This document shows positions 1 through 9,104 of a stretch of DNA of 56,698 nt, piece by piece. The translations under genes were made by a program, and so were the position numbers. The notes beneath the pieces were generated by a model. That model ran no database searches. It was given only the letters and a program-made list of their open reading frames with translations, and had not been told where the DNA came from. This DNA is from an uncultured Bacteroidales bacterium (GTDB taxonomy: Bacteria > Bacteroidota > Bacteroidia > Bacteroidales > UBA3824). Location: NCBI GenBank assembly GCA_946409405.1, contig CAMJWL010000002.1, positions 1 through 56,698 on the forward strand, in the 5' to 3' direction. Positions within the stretch are counted from its first letter, which is position 1; every line of letters begins with the position of its first letter.

Positions 1-2346
1 GAACATTGAACCGCCTAACGCCATCTGCGGTATCATCAAGAGCGGTATCATAATGTAGATGGTGACCGCCGAATTGAACGCCGAAGATATATTGAGACCC
101 ATCATATTGGCAAATACAAACATCGAGAATAGCACAAGCCAGAACGAACCGTACATCTCCCATTCAAATTGCAGTATAGTATTGCCAACAAGCACGTACA
201 GGATGGCCTGTACCGCTGATATGAAAGTCAATATGACGACCTTTGCCACCAAGTAGCTCGACCGCGACAGATTGAGAAACTCTTCTCGCTTGAGTATCTT
301 GCGGTCGCGGAATATTTCCTCCGCCGACACCGTAAGTCCCAAGAACAGAGCCACGATGATACTCATAAAGATATACGGCACAACGTTCTCATTCTCGAAG
401 AAGAGGTAGCGTCCCTTGTTGGGATCCGTGTACCTAATCAGGAACGACAATATGAAGCCCAGCAACGGTGCCTCCAAAAGGTTGAGCACCACATATTGAG
501 TGTTGCTCACTTTGGACTTGACATCCCTCCTGAGGTATATCAGGAACTGATGAAGCCAATTGGGCACATGCAGATTTTTAGGCGGCTCGTTGGTAACGTC
601 GTCTATCTTCTCAGGCGTGACGTTCTTCCTGAAACGTTCCTCCCATACCTGCGGCGTCACCTTGCGCTCGTCCTTGAAATTACCGTATTCGTCCACCTTC
701 TGCGCCTCGATGATGTCGAAGATTACCTCCGGCGTGGAGTTACCACAGACAGGACACTCGCCCTCCTCGCTCTTTACCTGGTTGTCGGCTGTCTTGAAGT
801 AAGAAATACAGTCGATAGGATGCCCGTAATAGACCATATATCCTCCAGTATCGAGGATAATCATCTTGTCGAACATCTTGTAAATCTGCGACGACGGCTG
901 GTGGATAACCACAAAAATAAGTTTGCCTTTGAGGGTCAACTCCCTCAAAAGGTCCATAACATTCTCAGAGTCCCTTGACGACAAACCCGACGTAGGCTCG
1001 TCCACAAACAGGATGGAAGGCTCGCGGATAAGTTCGAGGGCTATATTGAGACGCTTGCGCTGACCGCCCGAAATCAACTTGTTGAGCGAGTTGCCCACTT
1101 TGAGGTCGCGGCGTTCATAGAGGCCGAGGCTCTTCAAGACGGAGTTTACCTTGGCGGTAATCTCGTCGTCATTCATGTCCTTGAAACAGAACTTCGCGCT
1201 GAAATAAAGGTTTTCAAAGACCGTCAACTCCTCTATCAGAAGGTCGTCCTGCGGGATGAGTCCTATGACACCTTCGAGCCTTTCCTTCTGCGTGTGGAGG
1301 TTGATGCCGTTGATAAGCACCTCGCCCTTCGACGGAGTAGTGATGCCCGAAAGCACGTTGAGCAACGTAGTTTTGCCCGCGCCCGACGCACCCATGATGC
1401 CCACAAGCCTGCCCTGGCACTCGGAGAAGCTGATGTTCCTCAGACCAATAGTACCGTTGGGGAACTTGAATTCGAGGTTGTTGCAGTTGAACGACAAGTT
1501 GGTAAAGGTCTTGTCTGCCTGGAACGTGGCTACCACGTCGCTATAATACACAGGCTTACCTTTGGAGAGTTTGAGCGTGGCACCCGGCGCAAACGAGTAA
1601 ATACGGTCGGCGAATATCGCCTGGCCGTTCAAGAACACGTCGTGCGTGCCGGTGTAGCGCATGAAGTAGAGTTCCTGCGTGGTAACTCGCATAATGAAGA
1701 TGTCGGAGTCGAGACCCTCGCATCGGATGGTCTTGGTGTTGACAAACGAATACTCATTGTCGCTGATTACCAAAATGTTTGGCGAATCAAACTTCATAGC
1801 ATCGTTGTTGACCACAAAATTTTCCGAATCCTTCAACACGTCCTGTGCGCCCTCCGTAATCGACGACTTTTCGGGATTGACATTGAATACCTCGCCCACG
1901 GTGTTGATGATGGCCATGCGCTGCTCCGTAAATTTCTTGCTGGTATTCACCAACTCAAACAGACGCACATACACCACTATCTTCTGCTGCTGGTTGATCT
2001 GCTTATTAATCTTCTTGCAGATACCGAGGATTTTGACGGACTCGCGCACCGAAGTAAGTTCCTTGTCCTTCTCCATCTTGGCACGCGCCTCCGGGTTGTT
2101 GGCGAGTTCCTTCTCGAGCTCGAGTTGTTTCTTGCGTTCACGCTCCTGCTTGCGCAGGGCTTTTTCGTCGAGGATAAGACCCACCTGCTTTTTGAAATCG
2201 AGCAACCACTCCTGAGCCGCCTCCACACCAAGTTGCTGTATGAGGAAACTCTCCACATACTGCAATTCCTTGTCCTCGATGCCGCCGTCCTGCTTGGCGG
2301 TGAGGGCAAACAACTGGATTAACGCTCTTAAAATCTCCTCACTCAT
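1..2346 (-). CDS. ABC transporter ATP-binding protein/permease, ABCG-like. Partial: the C-terminal membrane part runs off the window. Carries a ~300-aa N-terminal non-transporter extension.
   Basis: Absent from the ORF track because there is no stop inside the window. Reverse translation from ATG at 2346 reads MSEEILRALIQLFALTAKQDGGIEDKELQYVESF... Walker A is GIMGASGAGKTTLLNVLSG (~1355-1400). Signature plus Walker B is ISGGQRKRLNIALELIREPSILFVDEPTSGL (~990-1080). Hydrophobic ABC-2-type segments follow toward nt 1. Plus-strand ORFs 496-978 and 1294-2322 are antisense shadows. Confidence 0.9.
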   Translation of the reverse strand, partial: MSEEILRALIQLFALTAKQDGGIEDKELQYVESFLIQQLGVEAAQEWLLDFKKQVGLILDEKALRKQERERKKQLELEKELANNPEARAKMEKDKELTSVRESVKILGICKKINKQINQQQKIVVYVRLFELVNTSKKFTEQRMAIINTVGEVFNVNPEKSSITEGAQDVLKDSENFVVNNDAMKFDSPNILVISDNEYSFVNTKTIRCEGLDSDIFIMRVTTQELYFMRYTGTHDVFLNGQAIFADRIYSFAPGATLKLSKGKPVYYSDVVATFQADKTFTNLSFNCNNLEFKFPNGTIGLRNISFSECQGRLVGIMGASGAGKTTLLNVLSGITTPSKGEVLINGINLHTQKERLEGVIGLIPQDDLLIEELTVFENLYFSAKFCFKDMNDDEITAKVNSVLKSLGLYERRDLKVGNSLNKLISGGQRKRLNIALELIREPSILFVDEPTSGLSSRDSENVMDLLRELTLKGKLIFVVIHQPSSQIYKMFDKMIILDTGGYMVYYGHPIDCISYFKTADNQVKSEEGECPVCGNSTPEVIFDIIEAQKVDEYGNFKDERKVTPQVWEERFRKNVTPEKIDDVTNEPPKNLHVPNWLHQFLIYLRRDVKSKVSNTQYVVLNLLEAPLLGFILSFLIRYTDPNKGRYLFFENENVVPYIFMSIIVALFLGLTVSAEEIFRDRKILKREEFLNLSRSSYLVAKVVILTFISAVQAILYVLVGNTILQFEWEMYGSFWLVLFSMFVFANMMGLNISSAFNSAVTIYIMIPLLMIPQMALGGSMF

Positions 2347-2419
2347 GATGCTTGGTTTCTAATACTGGTTTGCTTACTATCAACGATTGATGCTGACTAT
2401 CTTTGTGTTACAAAAAAAA

Positions 2420-2800
2420 CTAAATCGAGTACGGAACCTGCTCAAAAGGCACGTCAACGATGTCGGAATACTCCTCGCCGGCCTCCTCCATGTCCTCGTC
2501 GTCGTCGGGGTAGTGCCACTTAACGAGTACGTCGTGTCCGTCGTTGTGGATGTCCTCGAGTTTGAGCAATACGTCGAGAAGCAACTTAGACGATGCCGTG
2601 TTGAAGTATTCGAGCTTGAAATTGAAGACGGTCTTGTCGAGGGGGTCGTTCTTGTACTCGTCAAGCCATTCGAGAATAGGCTTGTAGAACACAACGACAT
2701 CCTCGGGCAGCGAACGTCCCGAAATCTCGAAGATGTTGTTTTCCTTGTCCAAAGTAACTGTGGGGGTATCGTCTGTACCCTGTATTTTTATAACTGACAT
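2420..2800 (-). CDS. DUF1987 / SiaC-family small regulatory (phospho)protein
   Basis: 126 aa. FEISGRSLPEDVVVFYKPILEWLDEY...FKLEYFNTASSKLLLDVL fits the DUF1987 (SiaC) layout as I remember it, including an FNT-SS-type motif. Lies 12 nt downstream of the SiaB-like gene. Confidence 0.75.
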   Translation of the reverse strand: MSVIKIQGTDDTPTVTLDKENNIFEISGRSLPEDVVVFYKPILEWLDEYKNDPLDKTVFNFKLEYFNTASSKLLLDVLLKLEDIHNDGHDVLVKWHYPDDDEDMEEAGEEYSDIVDVPFEQVPYSI

Positions 2801-2812
2801 AATTATGTAGAT

Positions 2813-3391
2813 TTATTCTTTTATACGTGAAATAGTTGATGTTAAAACGAAGAACGAATTGACACTGTCAATCGTCAGGAAGCTGTATAGCAACTTCTGT
2901 CCGGTCTTACGAGCGATGTCGATAAAACCGAGTCCCGCGCCTCCACGGTCGGAAATGCTTCCTTCCCGCATCTGCTGCTTGTAGAGTTTGTTGAGTCCGT
3001 CCTTGTCTTGCTTATTGACGTTCTCGAGAATCGACCGCAACTTTTCGACGTTGGCGTTCTTGATGATGTTGCCGGTGGTGACGTTGTATTCCGTCGCCGC
3101 CTTCGACACCATAAAAATGCCCCTGCCGTCCTTCGCCGATTCGTTGGCATTACCTTCGGAGTGCTTGCTTATGTTCTGTAGGCATTCCACCATGACGTGG
3201 AACACCTTTTTCTGAACGGAGCTTGGGTCCTCCTCTCGCGCCATATTGGTCTCGGCGAGGGAGGTAAACGCCTTCGTTATCTGGTGCGTTATCTCTCCTT
3301 CGTAAGCCAAATTGATGTTGTTACGCTTCATCTTGACGTAGAAGTCATAAACAAAATCAAGCGACTCTTTATGTTCTTTTGTGTTCGCCAT
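2813..3391 (-). CDS. SiaB-family protein kinase (HATPase-like anti-sigma-kinase fold)
   Basis: 192 aa. C-terminal SISDRGGAGLGFIDIARKTG ATP-lid-like motif. Size and position between a PP2C and a DUF1987 gene match the SiaA-SiaB-SiaC order. Confidence 0.7.
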   Translation of the reverse strand: MANTKEHKESLDFVYDFYVKMKRNNINLAYEGEITHQITKAFTSLAETNMAREEDPSSVQKKVFHVMVECLQNISKHSEGNANESAKDGRGIFMVSKAATEYNVTTGNIIKNANVEKLRSILENVNKQDKDGLNKLYKQQMREGSISDRGGAGLGFIDIARKTGQKLLYSFLTIDSVNSFFVLTSTISRIKE

Positions 3392-3426
3392 AATATTATT
3401 CGTGTTGTATATTATGATACATTCTT

Positions 3427-6075
3427 TTAAAACTCTATACCAATGAGCAAGATGTCGTCCACCTGCTTGTAACTGCCCTTAAACTCCAGGAAGTCCTTCT
3501 CAAACAAATCCCTGTACTGCGGCATCGTGAGTTCCGGATTGTTCTCGATGAGTTCCTTGATGCGCCCAGGACGGTATTTGCGACCGTCTTCGCCGCCTAT
3601 CTGGTCGGGAAGACCGTCTGAGAAGAAGAAACATTTTTCACCGGGCTTGAAGTTGATTTCGTAGTCCTCAAACTTCTTCTCCTCCCTGCCTTTGCGCGGC
3701 GGCTTGCCACCGATGGCCTGCGCCGTGCCTTTGTACTGCAAGAGTTCGCGCTGCGAGTTGAGATAGTACAGAGGCCTGTGTGCGCCCGAAAAGTGAAGTA
3801 TGCCTTTCTCGAAGTTTATTTTACATAAAGCAATATCCATGCCATCCCTTGCCTCCTGTTCCTCGCTGTCTTGTTTTAATGTCTTGCGGACACCAAGATG
3901 GAGTTGGTCGAGCACCTGCCCCGCATGGAGCGCGTCGGCGTGGTCGGCTATGATATTGAGGTTGAAATATCCAATGAACGAGAGCAACGCGCCCGGCACA
4001 CCGTGGCCAGTACAATCGACCGCCGCAATATATACGTTGTCGTCTTTCTCGAAGAACCACGGGAAGTCGCCGCTTACCACGTCCCTCGGCCGGTAAAACA
4101 TGAAGAACTTGGGCAGACGTACCGTAATGGCGTCGAGACTCGGTATAATCGCCGACTGGATTCGCTGCGCGTAGTTGATGGACTCGGTGATAGACTTGTT
4201 CTTTTCCTCGATTTCCATCTCGATGCGCTTGCGCTCGGTGATGTCGTGCGCCACAAAGAGGACCGTTTCGAGTTCCTTCTCCTTGTTGAACTCCGGGATG
4301 GCGTTAAACTGGATGATCATGTCCTCGCCGTCTTCGCCCACATTCGGGAAGGTGGTCTCGGTGTCGAACATGCGCTGGTTTTGAACCACCTGATCCAAAG
4401 CGTCCTTGAAGAAGGCGCGGATTACGTCGTTGAGTTTTACCTCGTCTATCTGCTTGGATACAATCTGGTCTTTTTTGAGTCCCACAATCATCTGTCCCAC
4501 GGGGTTCACATAGAAGAACTTGCCGTCGGGACTCAGGCGCAGGATGGCGTCGAGAGAGTTCTCCGACAATGCCTGCATCTCACCAGACATGCGCTGCGCC
4601 TTCTCTGCAATCTTGCGCACGGTGATGTCGCGGGTGTTGAAGATAATGCCCTGTATTGCCGCATTGCTGAGGAGGTTGCGGCCTGTTGCCTCGAGCCACA
4701 GAGTCTCCGTATCCGACTTCTTGAACTGGTACTCGAATGTAACCGGCGTCTCGGGGTGAGCAAGCAACTGTTTGAACACTTCGTGGAACTTGTGACGGGA
4801 GTTTTCGTCGAACTTCTCGATGGCACTCTTGCCCACAATGTAATCAGGCTCGTAGCCCAAGATGCTCTTGGACGACGGGCTTTCGTATGTAACGAGGGCG
4901 TTTTCGTCGTAGATGGAGATGACCTCAGATGCGTTTTCGAGAAGGGCGTACTGACGTTTCTGACCACGCTCCACCTCGCGAATCTGAGCCTCCAATTTCT
5001 TGTTGGTGTCTTGAAGTTCGAGTTGTGCCTTCTGCATCGCCTCGGCGTTCTTGCGAAGTTCCTCCTCGTTTTTCTGCAACTGCTTGGTCATTTCCTGGGC
5101 GTCGCGGAGGAGTTTCTCTGTCTGGGTGTTCACCTTCAAGTTGAAGATGGTCTGCGCGATAATCTCGCTCACCTCCTTCACAAGGTTGAGGGTCTTGTTT
5201 GGCAGGTCGGGCAGCAAGGACGCAAACTCGATGACACCCTGCAACTTCTCGTCGCTGATGAGGGGCGAGAGCAACAGGGTCTGCGGCTTCTGGTCGCCAA
5301 GGATGCCAGAACTGATGGTTACATAGTCGGCGGGAATTTCCTTGCGGTAAATAATGTCGCGCTCGAAGGCAGCCTGTCCCACAAGCCCGACGCCTATCTG
5401 AAATTCCTGGGTAACGTATTTTTTGCGGTTGTAGGCATACGTGGCGATGTTGACGAGGGTCTTCTTGTCCTCGTCGTATAGGTAGAACGCGCCTTGCACC
5501 GCGTTGATAAATTCTATGATGTTGATGATGGTCTCGTATGCGAGGTCGTTGATGCTATTGCGCTGACGGAGGATGTCGCCCACAATTTCCTTGCCTTTTG
5601 CAATCCACGCTTGCTCCGCCTCACGCTGCGATGTCGCCACAAGGTTGTTTTTCATTATAAGCAACGAACTACCGAGGAGGTCGTTCTGGTCGATTTCGCT
5701 GTTGTCGAAGTAGAGGTCGCCTTCACCAATTCGCTTGGCGATCATGGAGTTTTTGCGGAAGATTTCGTTTTTCTCGTCGAGCATCTTCTCCAGTTCCTCG
5801 TTCTGACGGCGGTTGCGACGCGCAAAATAATTGAAAATAATTCCAATTACAATAGGCGCGAGGTCTATGATATAGAGCAACGGCGAGCGATCGTGGATGT
5901 AAAGGAGTTTGGATAACGAAAACTGGATGTGCTTCATCTGAAACTCCGCAAGTATCGCCACGACAGGGAACAGCATACCGATAGCAATGCCTACCATGGT
6001 GTAAATCAGCACCATGTGGGGATTGCTTGCAATCCTGTCTTCTTTGATTGATATGTCAGTTTCCTGTGTTGCCAT
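3427..6075 (-). CDS. Membrane-anchored GAF-PAS-PAS PP2C (SpoIIE-type) Ser/Thr phosphatase, SiaA-like
   Basis: 882 aa. Two N-terminal TM helices; a GAF module (QGAFYLYDEDKK...GVGLVGQAAFERD...SSGILGDQKPQTLLLSPL); a coiled coil; two PAS-like blocks. C-terminal SGDFPWF..AAVDCTGHGVPGALLS..DGMDIAL..FSDGLPDQ motifs are typical of SpoIIE/PP2C. Confidence 0.85.
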   Translation of the reverse strand: MATQETDISIKEDRIASNPHMVLIYTMVGIAIGMLFPVVAILAEFQMKHIQFSLSKLLYIHDRSPLLYIIDLAPIVIGIIFNYFARRNRRQNEELEKMLDEKNEIFRKNSMIAKRIGEGDLYFDNSEIDQNDLLGSSLLIMKNNLVATSQREAEQAWIAKGKEIVGDILRQRNSINDLAYETIINIIEFINAVQGAFYLYDEDKKTLVNIATYAYNRKKYVTQEFQIGVGLVGQAAFERDIIYRKEIPADYVTISSGILGDQKPQTLLLSPLISDEKLQGVIEFASLLPDLPNKTLNLVKEVSEIIAQTIFNLKVNTQTEKLLRDAQEMTKQLQKNEEELRKNAEAMQKAQLELQDTNKKLEAQIREVERGQKRQYALLENASEVISIYDENALVTYESPSSKSILGYEPDYIVGKSAIEKFDENSRHKFHEVFKQLLAHPETPVTFEYQFKKSDTETLWLEATGRNLLSNAAIQGIIFNTRDITVRKIAEKAQRMSGEMQALSENSLDAILRLSPDGKFFYVNPVGQMIVGLKKDQIVSKQIDEVKLNDVIRAFFKDALDQVVQNQRMFDTETTFPNVGEDGEDMIIQFNAIPEFNKEKELETVLFVAHDITERKRIEMEIEEKNKSITESINYAQRIQSAIIPSLDAITVRLPKFFMFYRPRDVVSGDFPWFFEKDDNVYIAAVDCTGHGVPGALLSFIGYFNLNIIADHADALHAGQVLDQLHLGVRKTLKQDSEEQEARDGMDIALCKINFEKGILHFSGAHRPLYYLNSQRELLQYKGTAQAIGGKPPRKGREEKKFEDYEINFKPGEKCFFFSDGLPDQIGGEDGRKYRPGRIKELIENNPELTMPQYRDLFEKDFLEFKGSYKQVDDILLIGIEF

Positions 6076-6144
6076 TTTAGTCGTTAAAATCGGTTGCTAA
6101 ATTACAGAATTTTACACGGAAAATAAAATTTTCGGCGATTTTTT

Positions 6145-8724
6145 TTATTTGTCCCAACTTTTCAGCCAATTTCTGTACCTCTGGTCCAATGACGAAAGCG
6201 TTCCATCACTCTCCGCAAGGCTGTTAACTTTCTCAATCTCAGTGAGTTTTGATTTAAGATCGCTTTCACTGTGCTGAGCGGTCTTGAGCCTGTCGTGCAA
6301 ATCTTGATTTTGCGCCTTCATTATCTCCACCTGCTTCATCGCCTGCTCCTCTATCTCCTTATGTACGGTGATGTCGAATGCGGTGTAAAGCACTTTGAAC
6401 ACCTTGCCGTCGGTATCCCTTACCGGCGTGTATTGGTTGATAAGCCAAATGTCGTTGCCAGTGAGTTTGGACTTACGTTTTACAGTCATCTGGTGCATAT
6501 TACCTTCGCAAACATTTTGCCACAATGCCTTAAATTCCATGATTTCTTCGTCAGGAATGAAGGTCAAAATGTTTTTGCCCTTGGTCTGCTCGTAGTCGTA
6601 CCCCATGGTCTTGATGTGTTTTGCGTTGGCAAACAGCAAGTTGCCTTCCACGGAATACTCCGCCCGCATCATGGTCTCGTCTATGGCGGTAAGCACCGAG
6701 GTCATCTCGATACGGTTTTTTGCCATGCTTTCCTGCGTGGCTTGCAGCATTTCGGCGCGCTCCTGCTCCACGGCGAGGAGTTGCTTGTTTTTTTCCTCGA
6801 TGTTTTTCTGCTCGGTGATGTCGTTGGCTATGTAGAGGACGCGCACCACATTGCTCTTCTGGTCAAAAATCGGCGTGTACTGCGAGATAAGCCAGATATT
6901 GTCGCCATTTTTGCTCTTCTGGTTGACAATCTTCTGGTACGACTGTCCGGCGCAGATGTTTTGCCATACAATGTCAAAATTGTCCAAGTACTCATCGGAA
7001 AGGATACTCCTGATATTTCTGCCGATAAGCTCGTCTTTGCGGTATCCAAGCGCAGAGAGGTATTTCTGGTTGGCGGATTCAAACTTACCTTCGGGATCCA
7101 ACTCGGCTTTGAGAAGGGTCTCATCGACGGCGGAAAGAATACCCGACATCTCCGCCTCGCGTCGCTGCGATTCGTCGCGGGCGGTGGTCATCTCCGCCAT
7201 CGCCTTGTGGAGTTCCTGCTCGCGGACGGCAAGTTCGTCTGACTTTTTCTGCGATTCCTGGAGGAGTTCGGCGGTACGGGCGTTGTTGCGCAACGAGGAG
7301 AGCGTGGAGGCTATGGAGTCGCCAAGTTTTTCCACAAACTGGATTTCGTGCGGTTTCAAAAGGTTGAGCGACGCCAATTCTATAACGCCAAGTATGGTGT
7401 CTTCCGATTTGAGCGGCACCATCAATAGGCATTTTGGACGCGAGTCTCCAAGACCCGATTCTATCGCCATGTAGTCTGGCGGAACGTCTGTAATATATAA
7501 GGTGTTCTTCTCCAACGCGCACACGCCCACAAGACCGTCGCCGAGGGGGATGCGCTTGGTAAGGAATTTTTTGCGGTCGTATGCAAATGCCGACAGCATT
7601 TCGAGGTAGATGTGGTTTGCGTCGGAATCGTCCAATATAAACAGACCGCCCTGACTCGCATTTATATAATGTACGAGGTTTTTGATTACTTCGTCGGAAA
7701 GGGTGGTGATGTTTTCGTTGAAATGGCGCATGATGTCGCCAAATTTAGCCAGACCCTGCGTAGTCCAGTTGCGCTGCTCGTCTTCGAGACGGCGTTTTTT
7801 CTCTTCGCTCTGCGTGGTTGACAGGCGGTTGCGGAGTTCGATAAGGCTCTTTGCCATGGAACCTTCCACAGCCTCCACGCCTACTTCCGAATCGTATTCG
7901 CCCTGAGCAATCTTGTGCGAAAACTCGGTAAGTCGCTTGAAGTTGGATGCGGTTTCGTTGATGCGGTGATTAAGTAGGCCAAACTCAGTCTTGTCTTCGT
8001 CGAGCCTGTAATCCGGCACGATGCCGCGCATGAGCAATGATATGAAATTGTCTGCCTTGATGAAGCCCGCCTTCATGTAGCGGAACACAAAGAGACCTAT
8101 CATCATTATCAGCAATATCAATGGCACCGACAATGCCGCTACCACAATGCCGTGGTGCTGTATCTCGTCCCTTATCTTCTGGTCGCCAGCAATGAGATTG
8201 TTGCGGTGCGCCATGTACATCTGATTGAGGGTCTTGCGTATCTGTTCAAACGCGCTTATCTCCTTGACACCGAGCAACTCACGCGCCGACTCCACTCGCC
8301 CGTTGATGATAAGGCGCATGATGTCTTTGTTGACGTTCTGGTAGATCACAAACTCGTTTTTGAATTTGTCTAAAATCCTGAGTTCTTCCGCCGACTGCAA
8401 TGTGGCTTCGTAGTCTTTGAGGCGCACTTCGTAGAATTGGTTGAACTTATTGTGGTGCCTCTGGATGGTAACAACGTCGGTCTCGCTCTCGATGATGGCA
8501 TGATTCTGCACCACGAGAGTATAGATGTCTTCGGAAAGGGCGTACAACGGGTATATACTCGTAGCCTGATGCCCGGTGAACGCCTCCACATCGCTCCTTA
8601 TCTTGCCGACCGAGTACAACGAGTATATGCAATAAAATAAGGCATAAGCCGCTACCATCGTAAACAACAGTATCAACTTATTCCGAAAGTCCATTTTGTC
8701 AAATATTTGGTTCACAGTTCCCAT
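6145..8724 (-). CDS. MCP-like sensor: 4-helix-bundle N-domain, TM, HAMP, GAF, 2x PAS. No recognisable output domain.
   Basis: 859 aa. The N-terminal ~190 aa lie between two TM helices and have a 4HB_MCP-like heptad character. A HAMP-like linker follows (TEFGLLNHRINETASNF), then GAF (QGGLFILDDSD...GDGLVGVCALEKN...ESGLGDSRPKCLLMVPL). Two PAS blocks are each preceded by a Glu/Gln-rich coiled coil. No MA, kinase or GGDEF motif seen. Confidence 0.8.
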   Translation of the reverse strand: MGTVNQIFDKMDFRNKLILLFTMVAAYALFYCIYSLYSVGKIRSDVEAFTGHQATSIYPLYALSEDIYTLVVQNHAIIESETDVVTIQRHHNKFNQFYEVRLKDYEATLQSAEELRILDKFKNEFVIYQNVNKDIMRLIINGRVESARELLGVKEISAFEQIRKTLNQMYMAHRNNLIAGDQKIRDEIQHHGIVVAALSVPLILLIMMIGLFVFRYMKAGFIKADNFISLLMRGIVPDYRLDEDKTEFGLLNHRINETASNFKRLTEFSHKIAQGEYDSEVGVEAVEGSMAKSLIELRNRLSTTQSEEKKRRLEDEQRNWTTQGLAKFGDIMRHFNENITTLSDEVIKNLVHYINASQGGLFILDDSDANHIYLEMLSAFAYDRKKFLTKRIPLGDGLVGVCALEKNTLYITDVPPDYMAIESGLGDSRPKCLLMVPLKSEDTILGVIELASLNLLKPHEIQFVEKLGDSIASTLSSLRNNARTAELLQESQKKSDELAVREQELHKAMAEMTTARDESQRREAEMSGILSAVDETLLKAELDPEGKFESANQKYLSALGYRKDELIGRNIRSILSDEYLDNFDIVWQNICAGQSYQKIVNQKSKNGDNIWLISQYTPIFDQKSNVVRVLYIANDITEQKNIEEKNKQLLAVEQERAEMLQATQESMAKNRIEMTSVLTAIDETMMRAEYSVEGNLLFANAKHIKTMGYDYEQTKGKNILTFIPDEEIMEFKALWQNVCEGNMHQMTVKRKSKLTGNDIWLINQYTPVRDTDGKVFKVLYTAFDITVHKEIEEQAMKQVEIMKAQNQDLHDRLKTAQHSESDLKSKLTEIEKVNSLAESDGTLSSLDQRYRNWLKSWDK

Positions 8725-8756
8725 TTACTTGGACGTTATTATCTTTTTCAAAAATC

Positions 8757-8764
8757 CAAATTTA
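8757..8764 (-). promoter_or_regulatory. Candidate Bacteroidetes -7 box (TAAATTTG on minus strand) for the sensor/partner-switch operon
   Basis: Plus-strand CAAATTTA is the reverse complement of TAnnTTTG. Lies 33 nt upstream of ATG 8724. Confidence 0.45.
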
Positions 8765-8923
8765 GTAACAATTTTTGAATATCGCCACATCATTTTTGCG
8801 TTTTTTGTAAAAAAAAATTGCCCGATGCTGATTATCAGCGCGTTACAAAGGCATATTTTTTTTGTGCAATAATGGCTTTTTCGGAAAAAAATCAAAAAAC
8901 GTGCCTAAAATTCGATTTTATGT

Positions 8924-8968
8924 AACAACCCCGCAACATCGGGGGCGTGCGCCTTGATGTGCGGGGGG
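8924..8968. repeat. REP-like hairpin, third copy of the AACAACCCCGCACATC...GATGTGCGGGG element
   Basis: aacaaccccgcaacatc-gggggcgtgcgcctt-gatgtgcgggg. The arms match the hairpins at 26896-26930 and 47687-47726 but the loop is different and larger. Confidence 0.6.
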
Positions 8969-9074
8969 ATAGGAACACTTGCACTGCGCCTGCAATTCGG
9001 GGCCGAATATAATAAAATTCGCATCCACCCAAAAAATCCCCCCTTTTTTATTTTGCAATCCAAAAAAATAATCA

Positions 9075-9082
9075 TACCTTTG
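9075..9082 (+). promoter_or_regulatory. Candidate -7 box TACCTTTG for the CheR/T9SS-cargo operon
   Basis: TAnnTTTG match 23 nt upstream of ATG 9105. Confidence 0.5.
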
Positions 9083-9104
9083 TATTGTTGTTTCAACATT
9101 GAAA

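Noticed and set aside
496-2322. Plus-strand ORFs 496-978, 1294-2322 and 1679-2215
   Set aside because: They lie antisense to, or out of frame with, the minus-strand ABC transporter, whose Walker A, signature and Walker B motifs read perfectly. They have no motifs of their own.
2397-2404. Plus-strand TATCTTTG -7-like box (also TAATTTTG at 53672-53679)
   Set aside because: No credible plus-strand gene lies downstream of either. The only ORFs there are antisense shadows. These were treated as chance matches of an 8-mer with two free positions in AT-rich intergenic DNA.
3898-5481. 527-aa plus-strand ORF, and similar long ORFs opposite real genes (6271-7242, 31450-32940, 36070-37086, 41309-42496, 44995-45672, 15333-16112)
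   Set aside because: All lie opposite strongly supported genes (PP2C, sensor, SusE/F-like, SusC, BamA, SGNH, rsmG/sigma). All have the low-complexity Val/Gly/Leu/Arg-rich composition of antisense frames in GC-moderate DNA.
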